Part shown: positions 11,401 to 23,399 of the stretch, piece after piece
Layout: every line of letters begins with the position of its first letter
How positions within the stretch are numbered: the first letter of the stretch is position 1
Program-made: the position numbers and the translations under genes
Source of the DNA: Leucoraja ocellata
Taxonomy: Eukaryota
NCBI GenBank assembly: GCA_036785375.1
Contig: JAWMAR010000421.1
Location: 806,001-870,000 of the forward strand
Direction of reading: 5' to 3'
Length of the DNA stretch: 64,000 bases
Notes under the pieces: generated by a model
Told to the model about the DNA's origin: nothing
Databases searched by the model: none
Seen by the model: the letters and a program-made list of their open reading frames with translations, nothing else

Positions 11401-11592
11401 CTGTGCAAGGTTGGCCTTGGCACATCCGCCCCTCCTGCAGGGGGCCGGGGCAGTGCTGGCGCCAGTCTGGCAGCTGTGCTGTGGGGCAAGCGCGGCTCCG
11501 TGTCTGCACTCCAGTCTGCTCACAGCCTGCGCTGCAGGACGCCCACTCTGACCACGAGGACCACGAGCTCAAAGCCACCCTAGCAGCAGATC
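11401..11592 (-). CDS. CILP: CILP exon, 192 nt (thrombospondin type-1 repeat)
   Basis: ttcttcag|GA TCT...ACA G|gtacgt; WSSWSEWASCSAGCEQTGVQTRSRAC...CPGPLQEGRMCQGQPC. Confidence 0.93.
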
Positions 11593-12596
11593 CTGAAGAA
11601 AGAAACTCTGGTTTGTTTTGTGTTAAATTGTTCCAAAATATAACGTTATATTTCACTCTGTTTATCACTTATCTATTTTCTTCACCTTGAGGAATATTCT
11701 GATTTTGAATTCTGCGCCTCGACGCCTTTTACACTATTTCTGCGTGAGTTAAAGTTGATACAACTACAAATACCCAGTGACCATTGGCCGGCCAGTTATG
11801 CTGCAGCTCAGAAATCTGCCTCCGTGTTTGCTGCTCTGTGCTCTCGGGGAATTGTCCATTATCACCATTCTCATAGCTTTTTGATCGCAGTACAACCCAA
11901 ACAGCCTCATCTTTCTAATACATCATCTCTCCTGAGAGGAGTAATCATTTCTTTAACTCTCATTCTGACACACACCACCCTCACCCCTTCTTTGGCCATC
12001 TGAAAGCCCTGGTGTAAAGATGGTGAATTCTCATTCCAGCCTTGGTTCAACAATATTTGAAACAGGGTGGCTGGTGGAATCAGTGCTTTAAATTAGAGAC
12101 TATTGAATGCCACTGTGGTATCTGTTTCCACCACCACAACTGGCCACATGTTTCCTGCACCCATCTAAGTAACGAAATTGTGCCGGACATCTCCTTTAAA
12201 TCTTCCCCCTGAGCTTAAAGCTATGCCCGCCAATCTTGAAAGTTTAAACTAAAACAAATCAAATCTCACTTATTTCTCCCTCTCATTTTATAAACTTCTA
12301 CCAGTTCACCGCTAAACCTTCAATGCAGAGAAAACATTCAAAGTTTGTCCAACTCTCCTCGTATCCAATTCCCTCTAATCCAGGCAGCATTCTGGTGAAC
12401 CTGCGCCCTCTCCAAAGCCTCCACATTCCTCCTGTAATGGGGCTAACTGCACACAATATTCCAAATGCATTTATCCTCTAACTGTACGCGGTGGACAGCT
12501 TGATTGTAAACATGTAGAGTCTTTTCTTTCACTGATAGCATGCAAACAAAAGCTTTTCACTGAACCTCGTAACATGTGACAACAATAATAAACTGA

Positions 12597-13026
12597 ACTT
12601 GTACTCGGCTTGTACTCGCTAGAATTTAGAAGATCGAGGGTGGATCTTATAGAAACGTACAACATTCTTAAGGGGTTGGACAGGCTAAATTCAGGAAGAT
12701 TATTCCCGATGTTGGGGAAGTCCAGAACAAGGGGTCACAGTTTAAGGATAAGGGGGAAGTCTTTTTGGACCGAGATGAGAAAATCATTTTCTACACAGAG
12801 TGGTGAATTTGTGGAATTCTCTGCCATAGAAGGTAGTTGAAGCCAGTTCATTGGCTATATTTAAGAGGGAGTTAGCTGTGGCCCTTGTTGCTAAAAGGAT
12901 CAGGGGGTATGGAGAGAAGGCAGGTACAGGATACTGAGTTGGATGATCAGCCATGATCATATTGAATGGCGGTGCAGGTTCGAAGGGCCGAATGGCCTAC
13001 TCCTGCACCTATTTCCATGTTTCTAT
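12597..13026 (+). mobile_element. CR1 LINE 3' fragment (young family)
   Basis: Encodes YSLEFRRSRVDLIETYNILKGLDRL; ends in a ccatgtttctatg tail; close to the copy at 35376-36080. Confidence 0.85.
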
Positions 13027-13089
13027 GAAATAAATGCAGCTTCACCAAAGGTTTATAAAGCTGCATCATGACCTCCTGACTCTTACAGT

Positions 13090-13205
13090 GGGTGGGGGAG
13101 GGGTAGTGGGGGATGGGAGTCGGGGGATGGATCGGTGGGGGAGGGGCAGTGGGGGATGGGAGTCTGGGGATGGATCGGTGGGGGAGGGGCAGTGGGGATG
13201 GGTTG
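13090..13205. repeat. G-rich ~45-bp tandem repeat (~2.5 copies)
   Basis: ggggaggggcagtgggggatgggagtc..gggatggatcggtg repeated. Confidence 0.7.
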
Positions 13206-13461
13206 GTGGGAGAGAGTTGGAAGGACCCTGATGGAAATATTTGAGTGCTCTGGTGGACTGAGAAAAATAAAGCAGAACATAGCAGGAAGATAAGTAGACC
13301 AATGGACAGTGATAAAATTGGTTCCTCTCTTCTGAGTTAATGACAACTTAAAAAAAAATAAAAATTAAAAAGCACATGAACAGAATGTATTGCATCTATG
13401 TTAATGCTGGAAGCTCCTCAAATCTAGTAATGATACCCCAGCAGTGCTTGTGGATCAGTGT

Positions 13462-13590
13462 TTAAGAAGTAACTGCAGATGCTGGAAAATCGAAGGTAGA
13501 CAAAAGTGCTGGAGAAACTCAGTGGGTGCAGCAGCATCTATGGAGCGAAGGAAATAGGCAACGTTTCGGGCCCGAAACCCTTCTTCAGAG
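13462..13590 (-). mobile_element. Short Penelope-type element with hammerhead core CTGAAGA...GAAACGTT (13588-13560)
   Basis: Near-identical to the copies at 23142-23272 and 39915-40095; minus strand reads ctgaagaagggtttcgggcccgaaacgttgcc. Confidence 0.6.
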
Positions 13591-13938
13591 ACTTGTTCAA
13601 AGTGTCTACCAGCACTTTGTGTCCTATTTTCTCCTCTGCAGATGCTACCTGCATTTCAGATTTTCGGTATTTTTTCCCCCCCATCCGATCTTAGTGACAA
13701 CTCCTGCTTTATTTTACATCGGAATCAGCCTCACAGATTTTCCTTTCCACGTCTCACAGCTTTATCCTGAATGTCCTCCCAAAATTACTCAGAAAACGCG
13801 TTGTCACACTTGTCAGCGGTAAATTGCACCGGCCAAACTTTCCAGCTCATCTTCCTCCCTGTGGGATAGAGTACAAGAACAAGTGCAGACTGGGAGAATG
13901 GCGAGTCAGTTTCAGTCTCACCCAAAGGCGGCACTTAC

Positions 13939-14208
13939 CCGTGGGACATCGGAACCTCACCGCGTAGTTGGAGCAGTGTTTCCCCGAGGGCTGCTCTTCA
14001 TTGACGCACCAGAACCCATGCTGGTGATTGAGGTGCACTGCCTCTCCCGTCAGCGCGGCAGGGACACCATGCACGGTGCGAGCTTCAACTCCCAGTGGCG
14101 TTTGGCAGAGTTGGTCCGGGTAGTGTCGCTGGATGGCGTCAAGTTGCTCGTGGTCGCCACTCCCCCCAGGGTGGTCGATATTAAACCAGGGCGTCCACTG
14201 CCAATGCC
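13939..14208 (-). CDS. CILP: CILP exon, 270 nt (WxxW / Mucin2-type domain)
   Basis: gtttcag|GG CAT TGG CAG TGG ACG CCC TGG TTT AAT ATC GAC...ACG G|gtaagt; WTPWFNIDHPGGSGDHEQLDAI...GFWCVNEEQPSGKHCSNYAVRFRCP. Confidence 0.95.
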
Positions 14209-14374
14209 CTGAAACAAGGAGGTGTTATTTATTGCATCCCTTTCCTTGGCAAAGATTGATGGAAGGGAACTGTACAATTGTTCACGTACTCCATTCCTGG
14301 CTCCAATTTCTTCCACAGACCAGTCGGACACTGATCTCAACTGCAGTGAATGTGTCCTAGGAAACCAACTTCAG

Positions 14375-14762
14375 ACAGATCTTATAGAAACGTATGCAAT
14401 TATAAAAAGACTGGACAAGCTAGATGCAGGAAAAATGTTCCCAATGTTGGGGGAGTCCAGAACCAGGAGTCGCAGTCTAAGAAAAAGGGGAGGCCATTTA
14501 AAACTGGGATGAGTAAAAACATTTCACCTGGAGAGTTGTGAATTTGTGGAATTCTCTGCCACAATAGGCAATGGAGGGCAATTCACTGGATGATTTTAAA
14601 AGAGAATTAAATAGAGCTCTAGGGGTTAGAGGAATCAAGGGATATGGGGAGAAGGCAGGCAAGGGTTACTGATTGTGGATGACCAGCCATGATCATATTG
14701 AACGGTGGTGCAGGCCCGAAGGGCTAAATGGCCTCCTCCTGCACCTATTTTCTATGTTTCTA
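14375..14762 (+). mobile_element. CR1 LINE 3' fragment
   Basis: Encodes DLIETYAIIKRLDKLDAGKMFPMLGESRTR; ends ttctatgtttcta. Confidence 0.85.
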
Positions 14763-17700
14763 ACCACAAAACCTCAATAGCAACCTTAACATTTCTTCCT
14801 TGTAGCAGTATAATTCAGTCTCATATCATGTTTTGCTTTCTCAAGGAACTGTAGAATTCAACGACCAGAGGAGGGTGTGTGCCACCTCAGAGAAAGCTTA
14901 GAGTGCAACACTGGAATGCATGTTGAAATCTGCGTGTCTGGAGATCAAAGCTGAATAATTTTAAGTGGTGGGTGAGAGATTATCGTATCGTATGGCAGAC
15001 GTTATCCCTAAGAATGCAGGGCAGTTAAAACTGAGTTATACAGGGAAGAGGGAAATGTTAGGTTGTGCTGCTGATGTCTTGTGTTGTCTGGGGATAGTTT
15101 CATTGGCACACACGTTATTCTTGCTTAAATGTCTTCTTAGCTTTAAGTGCTTACAAAGCTCAAAAAATTAAATATACCGTTTCATTCCTGAGATTTAAAC
15201 AAGGCACCATCAATTTGAAGAATACAATCACACTTTGCATTTGTCCTCATACCAAGTCAGTCGCAAACCTCAAAACTAGGCCCTTCAGCCCAACTCATCC
15301 ATGTCATCAAGATGCCCCATCTAAGCTAGACCCATTTACCTGCATTTGACCCACATCTCTCAATGCCTTTCCTATCTATGTGCCTGTCCAAATATCTTTC
15401 AATACATTCTTGTACCTACCTCAAATACTTCTACAGTGGCAGCCTGCTCCATGCACATGTCATCCCCATTGAATGAAGTCACCCCTTGGGTTCCTATAAA
15501 TCTTTCTCCTCTCACTTCAAACCTAAGCCCTCGAATAGTTCAATGGTTCTTTATTATCACATGTACCAAGGTAAAGTGAAATCCGTTTTTTTGCATATAG
15601 TTCAGTAAATTATTACTGTTGATAAATAAAATCCCAGATTTTATAAGTGTATCAATATATTAAAGTGTATAAAAATAGCCTACTGAGACCATATACAAGA
15701 GTTCCAGGTTTGGCACCATTTTCAAACTCCATGCTGCAGCCAGCTATAAAGGCTGCAGCCATCGCCTCCATCCGAAGTTCTTAATTCTCCAACCCTGGCA
15801 AAAGGACAAAGTGCTGGAGGAACTCAGCAGGTCAAGCAGCATCAGACTGAAGAAATGTCCTGACCTCAAACATCAACTGTCCATTTCCCTCCAAACATGC
15901 GGCCTGACCCATTGAGTTCCCCCGGCACTTTGTTTTTTTGCCCAGGCCTCCAGCTGCTGCAGTCTCTCGTGTCTTCACTGTTTAGACTGAAAACCAACAC
16001 ATTTTTATCAAGTCAAGTTTTTCTGTCGCTGTCTTTCTTTTTATGGGCCATAGATGATAGAAAGAACTGAACACATAGAACCAGGGAAAATATTCCACTC
16101 AACAATCTAAATTCTAAAAGTGACATTTGTTTTCCTTGCCTCTTTTTGTGAAGATTTTAGTTGCTGAGTGGTTGTTCACATGCCATTTACAATGTTACTT
16201 TTACATTCAGAACTTCTAGTCAAGAAAAGCAAATTATCTTTCACAAGCAACTCTAAAAGACTCAACTCAGCAGAATGAAACCTGCAGTTAATAAATGTCC
16301 CAGTGCTTTAAGAAATAAATGTTTTGTATCATGTAAAGGGACATCTGTGAAATAAATTCATTACAACTCTGTCACAGACAGACAAATAACCCACCATCCC
16401 AAAATATAAATCCACTGAAAGTTCACTGAGGAAGCATTCACAATCTACCTGGAATAGTATTTAAAAGCACGATTTGTTTGAACATTGTTTCTCAAGGGTT
16501 TGCATGAGCTTCCCAAAACCTGTCATTGTTGCTGACAAATTACATGCCGTTTTCCTAATTGATAAAACAGATTTTCTCGTTCAGCTTCACTGAAGATTTC
16601 TGCTGTTGGGAGATAAAATTTCCAAAGCTTTTGTCCGTCAAATTTCTCAAGGGGGAATTGTAATCTTTTCAGTAAATACAGGAAGAATGTATGTTATTCT
16701 CTGGAAATATCATACCAGACAAACAAGCAAAAAGAAAAAAGGGGCTTGAAATGACATCTGGAAAGATTTTGCCTTCTGATGCTTCACTGCTTCTGACTAG
16801 GTCTCCCTCATCCAATCACCAGTTTATTCCTTTGCAGTTTCCCCAACCTCACCCAAAACTTGGCATATCCCACTTGATCCCCTTTTCCAAGTTCAAGATA
16901 TAGATTAAGAATAAATGAGGTAATCACCAATCCCGTTAGACTCAGTTTCCAAAATTCTGTTTCCTCAATCCACACCAGAATAAACAACAAATAACCAGTG
17001 CGCTAATTTTATCTAATAATATCGCAATCACACATCAAAGGCCTCTAAAGAATCCACACGTACCATAGCAATTAATTATCGACCTTGCTATTTACAACCT
17101 CAAACTTTTTCAACAGAACTGTCATGTTTTCATCAAACAAGGCTATGTCTGCCCATCCCTATTCTCACTCTTTTAGAGTCCACTTACTCTACCTTAATAA
17201 TACTCCCACTATTTCCTCTGATGCTGATGTCACGCTGTCTGGTCTAAAGTTCCCAATTTTTTGCTCTCCCTCCTGTCAAAAGTAGCCAAGTTACATTTAA
17301 TGTGGCATTTTATGGAATCTATGGAGTTTGGGAAGATGACAACTTTTGCATTCACCATCTCCAGGTTCTTAATCTGGGCTTTTCTGGCCTGCTGCTGCCA
17401 GGATCAAAGACATCTCCTCAAAGCTCAGGGTGAAAGGTTGACTCTATTATCATGACCCACACTGGCTGGTCAGATCAGCAAAGAGATTCTACAGAAGAAG
17501 GAAGAGTCATGATCTAGGTTCATACGCAAAACCATGATGGTAATAATCTCGAGGTTACTAGAATAGATAGAATAGAATAGAACGCCTTTTATTGTCATTC
17601 AAACAGCTTGGTTTGAACGAAATTGCATTTCTACAATCTTAATATTACAAAAAAAAAACAAGACCCACACTTAACACAATTTACACAAACATGCTGCTTA

Positions 17701-17774
17701 AACCATTATCAACCAGAGTTGAATGCATTGTTCGAAGAGTGGTACGGGGAAATTATTTTAGTTTTAATTTACTT

Positions 17775-18075
17775 TAGAGATACAGCATGGAAACAGGCCC
17801 TTCAGCCCACCACATCCAAGCTGACCACCAATCAGCCATTCACACTAGTTCTATATGATCTCACTTTCTCATCCATTGCCTACACAATAGGGGCAGTTTT
17901 ATAGAAGCCAATTAACCTACAAACCCGCACATTTTTGTGATGTAGGAGGAAACCAAAATACCCAGAGTTACAGGCAGAACGTGCAATTTCCACAACAAAC
18001 AGCACCTGAGGTCAAGATCGGACCCGGTTTCTGGCATTGTGAGAACACTAGTTTCACTTTCTCATCCACTCTCTT
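17775..18075 (-). mobile_element. tRNA-derived V-SINE (HE1-like), degraded
   Basis: gccaattaacctacaaacc...ggaggaaacc...agaacgtgcaa..ccac, same family as 30720-30900. Confidence 0.6.
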
Positions 18076-19059
18076 ACACGCTAGGGGGAACTTACTGCAT
18101 CTAATTAACCTACAAACCTTCGATGTCAGTGAGACCAAGCGCAGACCAAGAGTCCAATTTGCCAAGTACCTGCACTCTGTACACAGTGGCTATCCCGAGC
18201 TCCCAGTTGCATATCGTTTCAATTCCACTTCCCATCCCCACTCCAACATGTTCATCCTTCACTTCTCCACTGTCGGATTGCAGGTGGACAGGTAGGTGTG
18301 GGAATGATACAGATCACTCGTTTAATACTCTGAGCAGTTTTGCCCTCTTTATTTAAGGTCGGCAATTCTTGACTGGGAAGCCAGTTATCTTATGCTTACC
18401 TTTGTGCAATAATCTAGGACTAGGGGTCATAGTTTCAGATTGAGAATTGCCTATTTGGGACTGAAAGGAAGAAGAGTTCACTTACTCAGAATGTAGTGGA
18501 TCATCAGAAACTTTATCCCAGAGAGCTACAGAGTCAGTGAGTACAGTCAAGCTTGAGATAGAGCATAGAGCAGTATGGCATAGGCCCACAACGTCCAAGA
18601 CAACATGATACCAAATAAACTAATCTCATCTCTTTGCACATGATCCATACCCCTCCATTCCCTGCACATTCATCTGCCTAACTAAATGCCCCTTTAAATG
18701 TCATAAATCGTGTCTGCTTCCATCACCTATCCTGGCAGCTGGTTCTATGTACCTTTCATTCTTTGTATAAAAAACCTGCAACACACATTCCCTTTAAACT
18801 TTTCCCATCTTACCATTAGAGCTTTGCACAAGTATTTGACATTTCGACCCTGTGTAAAAGACTGACTATGCACCATATCTATGCCCCTCACCATTTTATA
18901 TGCATTTACAGGTCGCCCTTCTTAAACGGGGGAACAATATTGGCTACATTGGGGAAAGAGAATGCTTTGGAAATGGAGGTGGGGGGGGGGGGGGGGGGGG
19001 TGGGGGGGGGGAGGTAGATCGTTCATAGATTTGGATAGGAAAGTGTTCGTCAATAGATA

Positions 19060-19435
19060 AACTAAAAGGGTCTCGACCCAAAGCGTCGCCTATTCCTTCT
19101 CTCTATAGATGCTGCCTCGCCCGCTGAGTTGGTCTGCCTTTGATTTTTCCTGCATCTGCAGTTCTTTCTTAAACATTTCGTCTACTCCACAGCAAATTTC
19201 CTCAAGGTTTGTCTACTTTGAAGAAGTTCTCCTCTTCTCTCGAAGGTAGTTTAGCATCATCCTCTCTCACTGCCCCCCCCCTCCCTTCTGTCATTCCCCC
19301 TTTCCTCCGACTCTACGACCCCCCCACCCCCCCGGCATCAGTCTGAAGAAGGGTCTCGACCCGAAAGGTCACCTATTCCTTCTCTCATAGATGCTGCCTC
19401 ACCTACTGAGTTCCTCCAGCATTTTTTGTCTACCA
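19060..19435 (+). mobile_element. Penelope-type terminal fragments, including a hammerhead-like motif at 19340-19374
   Basis: gtctgaagaagggtctcgacccgaaaggtcacc followed by attccttctct..agatgctgcc; a degenerate second copy lies at ~19065. Confidence 0.55.
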
Positions 19436-19686
19436 GTAAATAAACTGTAATCGATTTGGTGCCAAGAGACCATGTGTCCAACCTCCTCCTGAATTATGTT
19501 CTTTAAATCATGAAGATTCTACGAATTCGAAGGATAGTCCGGATTAAATGCGAGGTAGATATTCACAGATCAGGTGATTGTCCAATTAAATCCAAAGGCT
19601 CACAACTGCATACAATATAAGAACATTTCCTGCAAACAACAAGTTTTGAAGAAGTCAGGAAATTCCTGAGAGAGCCCAACACCCAC

Positions 19687-19750
19687 CTCGTGCTGCGTCA
19701 CAGACCATCGCGGTGAGGAGCAGGGTGGTGGCAGCCCAGTTCAATTCCAT
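19687..19750 (-). CDS. CILP: CILP first coding exon, signal peptide (exon spans 19687-19849 including 5' UTR)
   Basis: ATG at 19750 gives the hydrophobic leader MELNWAATTLLLTAMVCDAAR; donor G|gtgggt; acceptor tttgtttttctag at 19850; phase 1. Confidence 0.8.
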
Positions 19751-21550
19751 CTCTTTAATTCTGCTCCCACAGCTGTGTTGAGTTTTTGTAGACCACTGAT
19801 CTTCAGATGTCAACACCTAATCTCATTTAATACCATCAAGAGCAGATCCCTAGAAAAACAAAGTTAAAACAGAATACTGTACTGGCTGTACATGCCCTCA
19901 CTGACATAGAGGGAGAGAGGGGGAAATATCTTGGGGCAAAGTACCTGTTCCTATCCTGTGCTGTTTATATGCTATGCTCTAAAATTGTAGTAAATGGGAG
20001 GAAAATTAGTTGGTGCAAGAAATTAAATAGTATTCAGGGGGGACTGGGCGATGATCATTCCAAACTAGAGGGGGTTTATAGCTTAGTTTAAGTGCAGCCC
20101 TTAAAGTTTCCCAACTTTACTGCATATAAAGGACAATTATCCCTCAGTGTTCATATCTGCTGAAAGAAGGATCTGTTGAGGATGTGGGAATGGGTCCGTG
20201 AATGAGGCAAGTTTTATTTTGTTAAGACATGGAAGGAGGCTACTCAGCCCATTGAGTCTATACTAGCTTCCAGAGCATTCCCATCAGTTCCATAATCCCA
20301 TGTATCCCAGCAATCCAGTCTCTCTCACACATACACACCAGTGCCTCAATTCTCCAGTCATTCACTCCACTGAGGACAACTAATCCACCCGCACAACTTT
20401 GGGAAGTGGGAGGAAACTGGAATATCTGGGAAATCCACACAGTCTCAGGCAGCACCCAGGGTTATGATTGAACCTGGTTCACGAGTGCAGTGAGGCAGTG
20501 GGTGTAGTTATTGTGGCAGTGTAAGAGGGGTGCTGATGGAGTTTAATGATGGCTTACTGCTTCACACTAACCAATCCTCAGTGTGGACTGGCTTATTGGC
20601 TGCTGTATTATAGTGAGCGGAGTTCTGGTTTCACAATTTTAACTTCTAACCCACCAACAACCACAAGGGTCAGTACAAACTTACATAAAAGCTGTTATTA
20701 CTGTGACATTTTTCCATGGTTTACATGAAAGCTACGTAGAGTGCAGTTTTGTGGTTGATTTTAAGGCCATGCTGTTGCCCTCATTAGTTTTAATTTCTCA
20801 CTGGGTGGCTGTGAGTGATGTTTTGGTGCACAACCCAGGGAGTATTGAGGCATTAATAAGTGCAATGTGGTTTCTATCTTAGATTAACCCTTCATGTTAC
20901 ACCATTTACTGCACTGTTACTTGTTCTATGTTCTAAACCCCAGCTCCTTACTTTTGGAATCTAACATTATGCCTCTGAGTTTGGGCTGGAAAAATGTTAG
21001 TGATTTAAAGAACCAGGGACTTTAAAGAAAGTTGGAGCTGTGATTAAAGAAAGGTCTGTGGTCGGTGGGAGGTTGAATGACGCAGAGAGGAAAGAACTGG
21101 CTGTGGGCAGTGGGACATGGGATGGCCACAGGGACATCCCCTGATCCTTCCCCTGATCATCCTCACACACTGTGAATGTTCTCCTTTCTTTGCAATGAAA
21201 TGTCATCAATCATTTAACCACTCGCTCTATTCCTGTCCTCCTGGGTCTCCTCAATGTGACCTTAGTTCTCTATTTGGATCTGCTGTAGGTTTTGATCAGG
21301 CCCGACCGACAGAAGGTTAGCGACATTACTGCGTCTGCAGACCAAGTGTAACATCCCCTTTGACCTCTCCCCTCCCCCCCCCCCCACACATTCCATGTGA
21401 AATCATGACCAGCAGCATGGCTCACAAAGTGTGGAAACCAGTCACCCACTTTGTTTACAAGTCAAGTGTTTTATTGTCCCAGACAGAACAGTGAAATTCT
21501 TACTTGCAGCAACACAAATACATAAAAATAGTACACAGTAAATAATATAA

Positions 21551-21895
21551 NNNNNNNNNNNNNNNNNNNNNNNNNNNNNNNNNNNNNNNNNNNNNNNNNN
21601 NNNNNNNNNNNNNNNNNNNNNNNNNNNNNNNNNNNNNNNNNNNNNNNNNNNNNNNNNNNNNNNNNNNNNNNNNNNNNNNNNNNNNNNNNNNNNNNNNNNN
21701 NNNNNNNNNNNNNNNNNNNNNNNNNNNNNNNNNNNNNNNNNNNNNNNNNNNNNNNNNNNNNNNNNNNNNNNNNNNNNNNNNNNNNNNNNNNNNNNNNNNN
21801 NNNNNNNNNNNNNNNNNNNNNNNNNNNNNNNNNNNNNNNNNNNNNNNNNNNNNNNNNNNNNNNNNNNNNNNNNNNNNNNNNNNNNNNNNNNNNNN
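21551..21895. other. Assembly gap (345 N) in CILP intron 1
   Basis: Run of N. Confidence 1.
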
Positions 21896-22214
21896 CAAAA
21901 AGACAAAACCAATGTTGTTCAGAGCTTATTTGGAGGTTGTAGTGTTTAATAGCCTGATGGTTGTTGGGAAGGCTGACTTGAGCCAGCCATCCATCTCTGT
22001 CCCATGTCCCAAGCTCAGCTCAGAGGAAAGGTTAATCCCCAGAGTGTGCACCCTCCTATCAGGTGCCATTTCCACCCTTAATCTCTCAAGCCTCACACCT
22101 AAACAAGGAGGACATTTGGCCCATCTATTCTAGGCCAACTCTCAGAGCAATTCTCTCCTTACTTATTCTCTCATGGGACCAGGGACTCGCAGACACCGCC
22201 GACCTGCTTCCAAG

Positions 22215-22470
22215 GGACAGGCCCTTCGGGCCATCGAGTTCATGCCGACCAACACTAATGCAACACGAATCCCAATTTACATTCGCCCACCTTCTCATTA
22301 CCCCCCCCCCCCCCCCAGATTCTACCCCTCGCTCACATTGTAGGGCGAATTACCCCATAGACCCGCATGTCTTTGAAACATGGGCGGACGTGCAAACTCC
22401 ACACAGGCAGCGCCGGAGGTGGGGATCGAACCCGTGTCGTTGAATCTGCGAGTTCAATGGCTTTACCGCG
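22215..22470 (-). mobile_element. tRNA-derived V-SINE, degraded
   Basis: gtgcaaactccacacaggcagcgccggaggtggggatcgaacccg is the reverse complement of a B box (GGTTCGATCC) plus V-domain. Confidence 0.65.
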
Positions 22471-22569
22471 GGACATCAGTCTGCAGCATTGAAGCTTGGA
22501 TTGGCTGCGGCTGTGTTGCACTCGCCAATACCCAAGCGCTTGTTACCCGGTGTCCCCGGCTCCACTCAC

Positions 22570-22660
22570 CCCGTCCCGCACCGGCTCCGCTCCGCTCCAG
22601 CCTGGAGTCAGACGCTGCAGAAAGGCCGGCGACGTCTCGCTGATCGGCGAGGACATCTGC
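22570..22660 (-). other. CILP: Probable non-coding exon 1 of CILP
   Basis: CpG-rich segment ending in a consensus donor G|GTGAGT (22569-22564), ~30 nt downstream of a TATA box. The 5' end is approximate. Confidence 0.6.
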
Positions 22661-22687
22661 TAGACTGCTCCGGAACTCTCAGTGTGG

Positions 22688-22733
22688 CTTTATATAAGGT
22701 CTGGGAGCTGTAAACCTGGTCCTTTGATCAAAA
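22688..22733 (-). promoter_or_regulatory. CILP core promoter: TATA box (TATATAAAG) with adjacent CAGAC and TCF/LEF-type CCTTTGATC motifs
   Basis: + strand reads ctttatataaggtctgg...cctttgatcaaaag; position fits the exon-1 donor. Confidence 0.55.
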
Positions 22734-22982
22734 GCTGAGCCGAGCCAACAGCTGTGGGAGCTCGGCATCATAAAGGCAGCAAAGCCCGACGGACAGAGAG
22801 CAGAAATAGGGAGAGGAGACCGTTCGCCCCATCAGTCCGCTGCTGCCCCACTTCATGAGATGGTGACTCTTCTGTTTTTGGCCTCACCTTCACTTCCACT
22901 TCCTTGCCCGAGCCCCACATGACCACATCTTATCAGTTATGTTGCCTATAATCCGTGACCCTTAAACTAATTCAATAATTCT

Positions 22983-23272
22983 AGTCTGAAGAAGGATCTC
23001 GACCCGAAACGTCAACCATTCCTTCTCTCCAGAGATGAGCCAGCGGTGTTGGTTTGGTGTAGAAACGAGGAACCGCAGAAGCTGATTTACAAAATAAGTG
23101 CTGGAGTAGCTCAAAAGATCAGGCAGCATCTCAAGAGATGTGTTTAAGAAGGAAGTGCAGATGCTGGAAAATCGAAGGTACACAAAAAAGCTGGAGAAAC
23201 TCAGCGGGTGCAGCAGCATCTATGGAGCGAAGGAAATAGGCAATGCTTTGGGCCGAAACCCTTCTTCAGACT
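22983..23272. mobile_element. Cluster of oppositely oriented short Penelope-type elements; hammerhead core at 22986-23013 (+)
   Basis: ctgaagaaggatctcgacccgaaacgtc on +; reverse copy 23142-23272 has a mutated GAAA. Confidence 0.55.
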
Positions 23273-23399
23273 GGTCTCAAGAGAACTGTAACGACTTATT
23301 GTAAGAGTTGTCTTTGTGGGATTATTGTGGAGGAGGTGTTGTCACCTATCCTCACTCACTGATTTCGGTCTCTGTGTCAGAAAACACAAACATGTGTTC

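Noticed and set aside
16440-16700. Candidate CILP exon 3
   Set aside because: The tested acceptor/donor pairs give stops or the wrong phase.
1059-19750. Call as CILP2
   Set aside because: Diagnostic motifs (PESRRC, SWTEDYLAWWP..MEFRACY), a non-coding first exon and linkage to SLC24A1 fit CILP1.
21442-21912. ORFs spanning X residues
   Set aside because: Artefacts of the N gap.
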